A stretch of DNA of 54,411 nt, filler included, from Sluysia triapertura (taxonomy: Eukaryota): NCBI GenBank assembly GCA_046118255.1. It is 4 parts of 4 records of this genome, joined end to end, with 100 filler letters (N's around TTAATTAATTAA, not from the genome) between each part and the next. Parts side by side here need not be neighbours in the genome. Positions count along the whole stretch, not along the records: positions 1 to 16,977 come from JBJNIA010194379.1; 3 more parts are not named here. The stretch is one strand, 5' to 3'. The notes beneath the pieces were generated by a model. It made no database searches and was not told the DNA's origin. It saw only the letters and a program-made list of their open reading frames with translations. Position numbers and translations under genes: made by a program. Every line of letters starts with the position of its first letter. The first letter of the stretch is position 1. This document shows positions 1-11,507 of the stretch, piece by piece.

Positions 1-80
1 GAATGATATACCATAAGCGCTTTTGAGTACTTTCGCGGTAGATATGAGCGCCATATAAATTAATATATTATTATTATGAT
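1..80 (+). mobile_element. Possible L2/CR1-type LINE or SINE 3' tail
   Basis: AAGCGCTTTTGAG...GAGCGCCATATAAAT (GCGCT/AGCGC stem) followed by short ATT repeats, resembling L2-type 3' ends. Confidence 0.4.
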
Positions 81-454
81 TGTATTAAAAAATAAACTTT
101 ATCAAAAACATTAAAAGAATTATCAACGTCCCATCATTGACATTAAAACAAATATATTAAAAGTATAAAATACTAATGTATAGACGAGTTTTAGTATGGA
201 ACGTGCAAATAAGAAAATCTAAATAAATTCTTTTAATAATTTTTAAAAGTTTTTCATCATTACATATATATAGTCGTTATAACTATAATTTTTTGCACAG
301 ATAAAAATACCTAACAGTGAAATTGAAATATATTGCCGATCTTAGATCCTCGTAAGCATATATAACGATCTTAAAATATTCATAAGATATTTCTACCTTC
401 TTGATCACAAAATGTTTTATACAATTTAACTAAAATCTCCTTAAAATTTTCTGC

Positions 455-542
455 TGATACCGAAAAACCGGTATTTTGAAGCTGCGAATACCAGTATTAC
501 GAAATCGAAAAAAGGTCCGATATCTCGGTATTGGAAACCTTA
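455..542. mobile_element. hAT-Ac-like transposon end
   Basis: Clustered ATACCG/CGGTAT subterminal motifs ending in CGGTATTGGAAACCTTA (reverse complement TAAGGTTTCCAATACCG); no partner end found. Confidence 0.4.
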
Positions 543-676
543 CACTAAAGTTATTGTTATGTTTTTTTACTATTTCATGATTAAATAGATATGGACTCTA
601 GATTTTTGATTTTCAATTGAAAAATCATTCAGATAGATAATAGATTCGAAATCTTTTTAAAATATATTTTCAGTTA

Positions 677-1781
677 TTAATCTATTGGCATATCAATATC
701 AATATAATTCCAAATTTTTATAGTCCAGTCATCTGAACCTGAAACTAAATACTTTCCATTAGATATCCACGATACAGTATTTATATCTTCTTCATGTGCA
801 TTATGTTTTTGCACCAATAGTTTTACACTAATATTAGTATTCAAAATGCGATTAAAAACATTTTCATCATCTAATTCTTCGACATCAAAAACACATATAG
901 AATTATCGCGACCACAAGAAGCTAATACATTTTTGTTACTAGACCACGAAATATCCCATATAGTATAAGTGTGATAACCACCTAAAGTAGCAATACATAT
1001 CCACTCAGTAAAACATTTATCTTAAAAAATAAAGCCATAATAATAAGTGTGTTACTTGTTACCCATAATTTAATTGTAGCATCATCACTACAAGAAGCCA
1101 ACAAATTTCCTGTATAATTGAAACTTACATTTCTCACTATATGATCATGAGCTTTAAAAGTGGCACTTAAAATCCACTCATCAATATCTTGTTTAATAAC
1201 ACCTATTGAATTATCGAATCCACATGATACTAAAATCTTAAAAAATTATATAACAATCACAACAAACATTTCGAAGTGGATGCCAAGTAACACTTTTCAC
1301 ATCTTCAAAATGAACATCATTTGGTGTTTCCAGTATTTCAAATTCTTCATTTGTATCATAAATATTTACGGATGTGTCCCTACCGCAACTAGCCAAATAA
1401 TCACCTTTACTAGACCAAGCCACACTTTTAACTTCCGATTTATGATGCTCTAATAATTCCATTTCAATTAATTCTGATTCTGTTAATTTAAAAATAACAA
1501 TTTGCCCATCAAAACTACACGTGGCTATAGAACAATCATCAGGCGACCAACTTAAACATCTAATAGAACCATGGTGACTAAATGTACTAATCATATATGG
1601 ACACCAAGTAGATAAATGAACATCTATAAATAATTAATAAAAATAATATACCATAATTCCAAATCCTTAGTATTTTATCTTCTCCTCCAGAAGCAATAAA
1701 TTTTCCGCTGTGGCTACATCTTACGCACCATATTCGACCAGAATGATCAGTTAGCGTATCAAAAATCTTAAGGTTATTCAT
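677..1781 (-). CDS. CIAO1: Cytosolic iron-sulfur assembly WD40 protein CIAO1/Cia1; 4 exons (1781-1652, 1623-1268, 1236-1056, 1020-677), 336 aa
   Basis: Manual splicing over GT-AG introns of 28, 31 and 35 nt gives a continuous 1011-nt ORF ending in TAA. It has WD repeats with Cia1-typical motifs: HSGRIW..ASGGEDKILRIW, SIRCLSWSP, HKSEVKSVAWS..LASCGRD, HFEDVKSVTWHP, LASCSDDATIKLW, WICIATLGGYH, AHEEDINTVSW..SGSDDWTIKIW. Confidence 0.93.
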
Positions 1782-3959
1782 AATGTAATTTTAAAATTTA
1801 ACATAGGAAAAAATTAATTAAAAAATTAAGATTATGCTTTTTGTACGTCTAATGCTAAAATAAGTATAAATATTAAATAAAGGACCAAATTATGTAGTAT
1901 AATTATTTTTATATTTTAAAGGTCAAAATAATTTTAATGGGCAACTTGAATTATAATGCGAAATTTTTAGGTAAGTACTAAAACGATAAATATATTAAAA
2001 CAAATGGTAATTAAATATATAAACATTTTTTGCTTCCACTAAAACTAAATATAAGCAATATATTGTTTCCTTTACTTTGTCCATTTGCTAATATTTTTAT
2101 ATCTTATGTATTTATGTACATACAAAGATAACATAAATATATTTATATTATAAATAAAAAATGCGAATTATAAACTATTTGAAATTAAATATTACAAGTT
2201 TTGGTAAATTTAAAGTTGCATAAAATATCTTTGATATGTTACTAAGTTACTATTTAGAATTTCTCATAAATTAGAACGAATTTTAAATAAGTCAAAATCT
2301 TCTACTTTAAAGGTTTTTAAATAAATTTGTGTAGAATTAATTAATTATGTATTTAATTGTTAAATTATGTAAAATTATTTGTATTGTCTAATATAATTAG
2401 ATTTATTGCAATATGATGTTTTCGTTAAGGGTTAAAATTACAATTTAAAAAATGTTATAAAGTAATTAACATATGAATTTCTTAAAGTTGATATTGGAGA
2501 GGAAAAAGTTAATAAAGAAGGATTTAAAACATTTTAAACAGAATGCAATATTTCAACGAGCCTTTATGAAGTTAAAAAATATTTAGGAAAACATTACGTC
2601 TCCGAATCTGAATACTTTTTATCAAGGGTGAAAATGTAAAAATAAAAACTTATGAATAAAGAAAAATGATTAAAACATTTGCTTAATTGATGTGTAATAA
2701 AAATGCATGTAGAGGCGGTTTATTACTTTAAAATTAATTTGTAATGAATAGTTTTGTTGTTTACTTGAACTTTTAATTAGACATTGCATTTTAACTTATT
2801 CTTTATTAATGCTTGATAATTCTTACTCCCTTTAAAGGTATTTGTAAACAAATAGCTATTTGTAAGCAAATATGTTCCACAGTATGGAAGATATAACAAG
2901 AAAATAATGTAGTGTACTGTTGCAGTAAGAATGATGAAGACGAAAACAACAACCAAAGACCCATATAAGGTGTTAGGATCTTGCGGAAGCTTCAGATGGA
3001 CTTGGAAAACCTCTAAAGGGTGCATGTTAATCATTTTAACATGTGAACTTGTTTACAGTGGTATTATGTTATAATACTGTTTATTTATTGTTATTTAAAA
3101 TTCTTAAATTCTTATTCTTTATTTGCAAATTATCTGAGGAGTCGGTCCACCTAATATATACGCTTTATATCTCTTTTGGAGACATATTATTAGAATTTTA
3201 TAACTTTATAAAATCTTAAGCCAAAGAAAAAATACAACTTAATTAGTTACTCAAAACATAATGATAAAATCGATTAATATTAATTTTTAGTTTTAGGATT
3301 TTACAAAATTACCCAACCTTCTTTAACGTGTTGGTAATAAGATTTTGATTAGGATTTTAGTATTCTCACTTAGGATGAATACATCAAAAACTTAATCAAT
3401 AAAAAACTACTTAGTCAACATGGAAAAATTGAATTAACTTCTTTGATTGATGAACAGGAACTTTGCTAAAACCTTTATTAAAAAATTTACTCTGTAATTT
3501 GCTCTAAAAAATTTTTGTTTTTAATATTTTCCTTAATTCTATTTATACCAATTTTCTCTTATCGGCATTCATTTAAAACATTAATTTGACTAAACAAACT
3601 TAATTATTTTAAACAAATCCTTTATTAATTAATTAATATTATTTCTAAATATTTTAATTTGATTGTTATTTCTATATTCCTAAACTTTTTTTTATCATTT
3701 TTTATATTTTTTAGTATTTTTATTAATTTGATTTTTTAATTATAATATATATTTTTTGATATTAGATAAAATAAAATTATATTTTTAATATTAGATATAA
3801 TAAAATTAATAATATTAAAATTTACGCTATTTACACAAATAAAATAAATAAAACATAAATGCAGAATAAAAATATTCTTAACATTTACTTTCCCTCACGG
3901 GAAAATTCGTCCTCGAATGTTACATTATTATAGAAAATCACAATTATTATGAGATATCA

Positions 3960-5417
3960 TCGTAACACTATTATTAGTCCACCGAGTCGTCCTCATTGAG
4001 TAAATAGTCGTAGCGGAATAGGTAGTGAGAATTATTGTTACTTCGAAATTTCTTTGGATATAACAGCCGCAACTCGGGTGCTTCTCGATGATTCATTGAT
4101 GCAGTTGTTAAATTCGGAGTAATCGCTGGCAATTTGGTGAGCGGTGGATTAGTTGATGATGATATTTTAGTAGTTGTGATGATGATTATTTCAACGGTTT
4201 TACCAAATGTGGAATAGAAGTTAATGAAGAGATAGAAAAATAAGACAAAGAAGTAGAAGAAGGGGAAGAAGGGGAAGAAGGGGAAGAAGGGGAAGAAGGG
4301 GAAGAAGGGGAAGAAGGGGAAGAAGGGGAAGAAGAGGATGCAAGTTTTTGCTTTTTTAGAGGAGTAAGTTTGGAATCAGAAGCAGGGGCAGTAGAATGAG
4401 GTTTCTTGAAAAGAACAGGTACAGGATTATTACAGCGAGAAATGAACTGCAAATCTCGCTCCCTTATATAGTCAAGCTGGGTCACCAATTGTGAGGTCAA
4501 CACTGGGCTAACAGGTAAAATTAGTCGCAATGTTTGACGTGTTCTAATAAAAGGATCGTCAGTGGCAAAAGGAACCAAATTAAGGTTCTACAAATTAATA
4601 ATCCCTCTCAGCAATCCAAATGGAATATTCAAGGCCTCAATAAGAAATATGCGCAAAATTCCTATCGATTGGGAGCGGACATCGTGATGTCCTTAGCCAA
4701 CCTAAGATCGACGTCCGGATCGTTTGGATGTTACGCCTAAAATTCTGGATACGACACCGAGGTTTGATACGAGCCTCAGTATGAAAATGACGACTGTACG
4801 GAGTACAGGTCACACAAATTAACTGAGTGTTATTTAGGAGATCCGTGGCGTATTGAAAAGCTACAAGCACAAGTCTATCCTCATCATACGCAGAAAGAGG
4901 CGGAACGTGCGTGTGAAGAGCCGCCTTCCCATCGACTTACATTGTCGAAATCCTTTGCGAATGGAAAGAAAGAGGGAGCAAAAGAGGGTTGGACGGCAGA
5001 ACAAAAAGAAAATCAAGATGAGTTGGGAATTCAAGGGCTTCTCCCATAACTTTACAAGCCTTAGTCAAGTTTGAGAGATGAAGAGTCGAGTGATTCTCTA
5101 AATACAATAATAATGGGATTCCCTCGACCTCTAGAGTGATCTTACCTGCGCCCCGCTCAGATACTACATACATCGTATTAAAGTAGTCAGGCGCATTGGT
5201 TAGCCCCTGCAAAGAAATAAAGGGCAGCTCCGATGATAGAGCAAAGATGTCGGTTGCCACGTTATCAGTTAATTCGGTCTTTAGCTTACAGTCCGTGGTA
5301 AATGAGTTAGGAAAGAATTTAGGGGTATGATTTTCGACACAGAACCTATCGAGAGAAGAATATAAGATTTTGATCTAGCTGATTGTTCTGGCCTGGGGTG
5401 TTTTGACTCGATGTGTG
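3960..5417 (-). pseudogene. Unknown-domain protein, copy 2 (frameshifted, in-frame stops), with Ser/Pro-rich C-terminal tail
   Basis: ORF pieces 4937-5260, 4637-4870 and 4186-4578 are collinear homologues of 5603-6737 (PQAR..SLDRFC..P.FFPNSF..DC.LK.ELT; EALE[FY]PT; EAR[IV]KPRCRI.NF.RNIQ; TDD.FIR.RQTL; LDY[IV]RERD). Confidence 0.75.
4258..4333. repeat. (GAAGGGGAA)x8 pure-purine tandem repeat, encoding (SSP)n on the minus strand
   Basis: Read directly: eight GGGG runs at 9-nt spacing. Confidence 0.95.
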
Positions 5418-5517
5418 CTGGATTACGAAAATAAAATTTAAAATTTACTGTGAGATTTTCGCTTAGGAGGTTGGGGCTTGGTGTAGATGTTGATGATATC
5501 TGCGCTGATGAGGTTGT

Positions 5518-6737
5518 CTATTGTTGGTCATTACTTGTGGTAGCAGAAGATGATGGTAACGGCTCTGGTGATTGTTTTTTTATGGCATTGTGGTTTAATT
5601 GTTCATTCAGAAGGTAAAGATTTAATAGAGGATTTTTTAGAAGAAAAAAGAAAAGGCGGAAGATCATTGCAACGCTGTATAAAAGTAGTATCCCTCTCTC
5701 TAACATAGTCTAAAACAGTTACTAACTCTGACGCCAATTGTTTACAAGAGAATTTTAGGCATACGGGATAGACAAGTTTCAAAGTTTGTCGTGCCCGTAT
5801 AAAAATATCGTCAGTGGAATAAGAAATGAGGTTGTGATTGGACAAGTTCATCACACCTCGCAACCATCCAAACGGGATATCAAATGCCTCTATTATAAAA
5901 CGAGGGTGAAGGGAAACTAAAATTTTATTATTCAGGAACCCAAAAAGATATAGCCGGACATCGTCTATGTCCTTGGCCTCCCTAAGCTCAATATGAGAAA
6001 TATCCTGAATATTTCTCAAAAAATTTTTGATTCTACACCGGGGTTTAACCCTTGCCTCCAAATGAAATTGGCGATTATAGGGTGTGCAGGCTATCCCCGT
6101 GAGGTGAGGCTTATCAAAGAAATCGAAGGCATATTGATATGCCACAAAACAAGACGATCTTCGCCTTCAGCAGAATGGGTGGAACATGGGTGAATGATGT
6201 CCCACTGTTCCAACGATTCATGTTCGAGGAGTCCCCGGAAAAAGGGTTTGAAAGTGAGGAAGGAAAAGGAGCTGGAGGCAAAACGAAAAGGAGGGCAATT
6301 GAAGTTGGATATTCCAGAGCTTCAATGTTGATATCGCAATGAACATTTAAGGCTGAAAAAAGAATAGTGGATGGGCCCTCTAAACGCAAAAGCAATGGGG
6401 AATTTTTAACAGAAAGGATGACTTTTACGACGCCGCGTGCTATGGCTAAGTAAATGGTGTCGAAATTTTCGTGTATTTCTGACAAACCCTTTAAAGAGAT
6501 TTTCAGATTAGCTGGGATTAAGAGGAAAACGTTGGTTGCTAAATTTTGGGTTAATTCACTTTTCAACCTACAATCCATTGAAAAGGAATTAGGAAAAAAT
6601 GTGGGAGCGTTCTTATCTGCGCAAAAACGATCAAGGGAAATGTAAAATGATTTTAACTGTGAGGTGATGCGTGCCTGTGGAAGTTGAGATTGGGGTTGTT
6701 GTTGTTTTTTTTGAGATTGAGTAGTTCTTGATATTAA
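5518..6737 (-). pseudogene. Unknown-domain protein, copy 1 (~400 aa when frameshifts near 6140-6175 are bridged)
   Basis: ORFs 6114-6770 and 5603-6145 join through frameshifts (THVPP/..EDRLV/VAYQYA) where copy 2 reads THVPPLSAYDEDRLVLVAFQYA. Visibly more GC-rich than the flanks. Confidence 0.75.
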
Positions 6738-6879
6738 CTGAAGATTAGGAATAAAAAGATAAGAGAACAAAATAAGAACAAATCATACAAAAAACAAAAT
6801 AAAAAAAAGAAAAATGGCAAAAAACAAGATTTTTTGTTTTTCCGTAAACGGTATTATAATAAATGATAATATTTATAGA

Positions 6880-7359
6880 ATTATTATTTCTTTTTAAGAA
6901 AAGGGTTATTACATAGGTTAGCATTTTGCTTATAGAATTTTCGTAATTGACGTCTTCTACAATTTCGTTTTTTAGACTTAGTTAAACCTGGTGGATAATC
7001 AGGTTTTGGCACCTGAAATCCATTATACAAAATACGAACTTTTTTTAATAGAGGTCGAGAAATGTCAATACTAGAATCTTCCTGTAACTCGTTTGTAGTT
7101 ACTATAGAAGGTGGACCAGGTTCGACGCAATCTACAGTGAATTCATACGATCTTCTAAACTTTTTCTATAATAAATATCACATTCTTTAACTAAAGTGCG
7201 GCACATAGGGCAAGAAGGGAAAGGGGTTGGAGCAGATTCAAACAGAAAATAGAGACAACGAAAGTGGAAACGGTGTTTACAAGGAGTAGTTAAGGAATAA
7301 TATTTTCTAATTTGTCGACGACAAATAGCACAAATTGTAAAACGTAATTGGGTAAACAT
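6880..7359 (-). pseudogene. RING-H2 (C3H2C3) zinc-finger protein, probable E3 ligase; frameshifted after the RING
   Basis: CAIC..CKHRFHFRC..CPMC ligand pattern; ATG at 7359. A second frame continues past 7132 (FTVDCVEPGPPSIVTTNELQEDSS...). The 3' end is approximate. Confidence 0.7.
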
Positions 7360-7567
7360 GATCGACTGAAAGAGGGAATTTAAATACAGTAACAATTTTA
7401 TAAAAATACTTCATTTTCAAAATTAAACTATAGAGTACTATTAATAAAATATTATAGAATGAACATAGATTAAATAGGAAGTAGTAATACATTAAGTATC
7501 GATAAAATATATTATACAATAATCTAACTAAATAAAGAACAAAACAAGGTAAAATACGAGCTATTCA

Positions 7568-7636
7568 ACATCACCCTCTCGCGACCGATAATGGAAAGTT
7601 AACAGCCATCGCATATGGTCAGCGAGCAGGAGATGT
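7568..7636 (-). other. GC-rich ~69-nt imperfect RNA hairpin
   Basis: Minus strand pairs ACATC/GATGT, TCCT/AGGG, CTCGC/GCGAG, GACC/GGTC, ATA/TAT and ATGG/CCAT around an 11-nt loop. Confidence 0.55.
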
Positions 7637-7749
7637 CTCAACTCATACTTTAGATGAATATTTCATGCTTTAATAAAGAGATGATTTCTATGCCTAATGA
7701 ACAGATAAAACTTATGAATTTGACAAGCAATGTGTATTACTGATGTAGT

Positions 7750-10034
7750 TAAAAGGAAACACGTTGTAACATAATAAAAGAATATAGATTGATAGTCTTA
7801 ATATGATGTCCTCTGTGGAATTTCTACATTAGTAATTTTGAAATAGTAAACTTAAACTTTTATTTAACTTAGTAGTATGCGTTAGATTTTTAATATTCTG
7901 TACTGTACTTTTAGTGCTTGCAGTAGTAGTGGTAGTAATAATAGTTGGTGCTGAAGTAGTGACAATATCCTGTTCTCTTAATATTGGTACCATTAGATCA
8001 CATACTCTATATTCTGGCTAAAATCCAAGTGTGTCTTGGATTTCATTGTATCGCAAAATCAAAACCTCAATAAATTTAAGATTAGGTTCTGGTGCAAAAA
8101 ATAGATTCATGCTAATGTTCGGAAGAATTAATGCATAGTGTTGTTCTTTATCAAACATTTCATCGAAATCTTTCTTAGGTGGATCCTTTTTATCTATTTC
8201 GTGACCAATTATTATGGCATGTTCTATTAATGGATTTGTTATTCGTACAAAATTATTACTTCTTCTATACAGTGACATTGGAAATTTAATAGTTGCCGAC
8301 AAGTGACTAAAAATATAAGGTTTTTGTTCTAATTTTGTAGTTATGTAATGATATAACTTTCGAATTTTGATTTAATTCAAAATCAAATTCTAATTCTAGA
8401 GTAAGGTTAAATAACTGATTTTCTACAAGTTCATTACAAATCATTACTCGGTATTTTGTGTATTTACTAATGTCTGATCCGTATTTACACCATTTAGCCA
8501 AGCAACAACTCAAGGAGATATTAGTGATTTTTGCAATGTTGCTTTGTATTTTTGCATATATGGTTCGTTGAAGCGCTCTAAATGTAATTCGTGGTCTCAA
8601 TATTGATTTTACATTAAGTATGCACGTCAAATTTATATAGGCTTGTCATTTGCCAACCACCATACATTAATGGTTAATAATTACCTATTGCATATTCATA
8701 GACATGAGATGGTGCTATTTGAAATCCTGGTGGCTCAAGATTATTACTATGTGGAATAGTATATCGATCGTCATCATCATTATTCGGAGGTAAACATGGA
8801 TATCTACATTTGTTTGAAACAAACATGATGATTACCAGTATAACTATTGATAGAGCAATGATAAATAATGCAGCTAAAATTAATATTAGCAATGCTGGAT
8901 CATTTCTTAACATTTCTGACAATGACAGATATTTTCGAGTTCCTTTTAACGCAAATGTAACTGTTTTAATTTATCTGGTGCTACATATATCCTTCATTAG
9001 CTAATAAATCGGTACATATAGCAATAGGATTTACCAAATTATTAATATAATATTCCTTCACGTTCCAAGAACTAAAATTGAGTCGCGCCTGTTTAAGGCA
9101 CATAAATCTCACTTGAATGTCATTCTCCAATATTTTAACTCTTACTTCGGTATCATAATTTCGAAATTCGAGATATTCGGTTTTGTAGATTCGGACATCA
9201 TACATATTACATTGTATGGTGGTGATTATCATGAATAATATTAAAGGTATTAAATTTTTATTGACTGCGAATATACACGCCTTTCTACTGAAATCAATTA
9301 TATGTAGTATAATCCAAATTGCATATATTACTATGAGAATTACAGATATTGGAATCAGTTTATATATTAATGTAACGACACTGGATAACATATCGTTCGA
9401 TGGGTTATTATTACTTTTAAACTCAGATACACAATTATTCATAAATTTATTTGTAATATTTTGTACCCAACTTTGTACCTTTCTAGCATTTCGTTTATTA
9501 TCTAGCGCGAATGCTATTATCATTGGTCTATATTCGTATTGTAAGCAACGCGGGATTTTATTTATGTGATATGGTTTGCCTATCAATAATGGTTCTAGAT
9601 AAATGCAAATAGTTTAATAATATAATCAAACTTTTTTAATACTACAATGATTTATTAAATACATGAAAAATATACAAATTGTGATAGTAATAAACTTTAT
9701 AATAATTATAATGATTTTACCGACTTAATCCGAATGCTTAGCCGTATAAAAATTGTATTTTGGTTAAGATTTCAACCTAGCCAGTTACGGTTTAGGATCA
9801 ATAAAAAGATTTTGATTGTGTATTTTAAAGAACCTTATATTAAAATTAGGGTTGTATATGAAACTTAAAATAGATATTTACTTCTGCATGGAAAAATATT
9901 GTAATCCAAGGATCTGCTGAAGAATTATCGATACCAAAAATTTCCAGATTGATTGTGTTCACTTTTAATTCCATTTTTTTGTGTGTTTTGTAATTCCAAA
10001 TTAATATGTTTATACTGTTAATTTTATATAACAA
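7750..10034 (-). pseudogene. Decayed run of membrane/glycoprotein-like ORFs (ectodomain-TM-signal modules, Thr-rich stalk)
   Basis: Abutting ORFs 9846-10034, 8981-9586, 8674-8922, 8307-8630 and 8018-8302. Hydrophobic segments LIPISVILIVIYAIWIILHII, LIPLILFMIITTIQC and LLILILAALFIIALSIVILVIIMFV; VTTSAPTIITTTTTAST follows the stop at 8018. Confidence 0.55.
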
Positions 10035-11225
10035 TCGCCTTTTTTGAAAAATGATTAAATTTAAATCTATTAATTCACTTCACAATTATTGAATTTATAT
10101 TTTTATTATTGTTTATTATTTTAATTTCTTAGAATTGAAATAATATTTATAATAAAAAATTATACATTTTTTAAATATTCACACTAAATAATAAAAATAG
10201 ACAAAATAGTGTTAAATCATAAATAAAATAATGTTATTAATATAAATCAAAATCATTAATGTAAAATGATCAAATGTGACTAAATGTAAAATAAAATAAT
10301 TAGAGGATTGGAGTAATCCAATATTAATTGAAATTATGTAAAACATTAAAAATATATCTAATTTTAATCTTAGAAGTTAAATATAATTTCACTGTCAAAT
10401 TTAAATAATATTTTTGTACTAATTTTTTTTGTATATCGTTTGCTTCTGACATTTTATATCACCTTTTATTCGGATTAAATGTTTTGCAAACTAAACTTTT
10501 CTTGTAATCACAATATTCTTTGTATGGTACTGCATAAATATAAAATCTTAATTGGTTACCACACTAATTAAAAATAGATTTTATGGTGTTAATGCTTTTC
10601 TTAGACACAGAAATATCAGGTAATTAAATTCCACTGCAAACGTACCGTGCTTATAAACTTATCTCACATGAAAAATATCCCTTTTCAAAAATCTTGGCAG
10701 TTAACTTCTGAAACAATAAATACGCAGGTTATGTATGATAATTTTATAAACATTTATGTGATTAATATTTTACATTTAATTATTTTTATTCTCTACGAAA
10801 ATAATCATTAATCAGTGATCATTTTTATTAAATTATTCCTAAATTGTTCTTATATATATACAAAAATTACTTTCAAAATGGTTTCCGTTTATAGATAATT
10901 TAAAATAATTTATTTATTATTTTTCTTTATCCTAATTCCTAAAAATAATTTGATTTCCTAAAAATAATTTCTAAAAATAGATTTCTTTTAAAAAATAAAA
11001 TTACCTTTGCTTATTTTAAATTAAAATAGATTTAAACCAAATTAAAACAAAATAAAATTAGAAATTTGCTTATTTTTTGATTTTTTAATTAATTTTCTAT
11101 TTTTTAGTTATTTTCATTCTTATATTTGATTTTTTTATTTAAATTCCTATTTTTTATTTTCGATTTTATTTAATTTTCTATTTATTTATAATATATGATA
11201 ATAGATTTTTTAAACACAATTACGT

Positions 11226-11507
11226 TTATAGATTCTTTACACTTTTTACATACTTTACAAAAGCGATAGAACAGGGGAATTCTTGTGCCTCCGCAACAAC
11301 TTTGTAGGATTTACATGGTAGAAAATGCATAGAACCACTGCGATAGGGTGCATTAGCAAATTCATTTTGGATAGTTCTAAAACTAGAAGGCGTTAGACTA
11401 AAGACACGAGTAGCAATATCTAAATCTAGGTCATTTTAAAGTCTATTAGGGGTGGAAAGTGAGGGTCAAAATAAAGCAGGGTTTATTTCAGTGTTGCAGA
11501 ATTAGCG
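11226..11507 (-). pseudogene. Unknown-domain protein, short third copy
   Basis: Manual translation FCNTEINPALF*PSLS..NDLDLDIATRVFSLTP..KVVAEAQEFPCSIAFV matches copies 1 and 2 (FC..P.FFPNSF..ELT.N[LV]AT.[VI]F.L..EALE[YF]PTSIAL). Not in the supplied ORF track. Confidence 0.55.

Noticed and set aside
2777-3034. Small membrane-protein ORF
   Set aside because: No support; the opposite strand has a faint LINE RT-like NQRPI fragment, as does 37190-37320(-), and neither is strong enough to list.
6114-6175. Programmed ribosomal frameshift in copies 1 and 2
   Set aside because: The shifts are multiple, fall at non-equivalent positions in the two copies, and lack a shared slippery site.
4534-6645. Plus-strand ORFs over the duplicated gene (also 1160-1453, 8810-9004, 9216-9569, 39643-39861)
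   Set aside because: Antisense shadows of better-supported minus-strand frames; for the duplicated gene, synonymous substitutions favour the minus strand.
7568-7636. SECIS element
   Set aside because: No AUGA/GA quartet with correct spacing on either strand.
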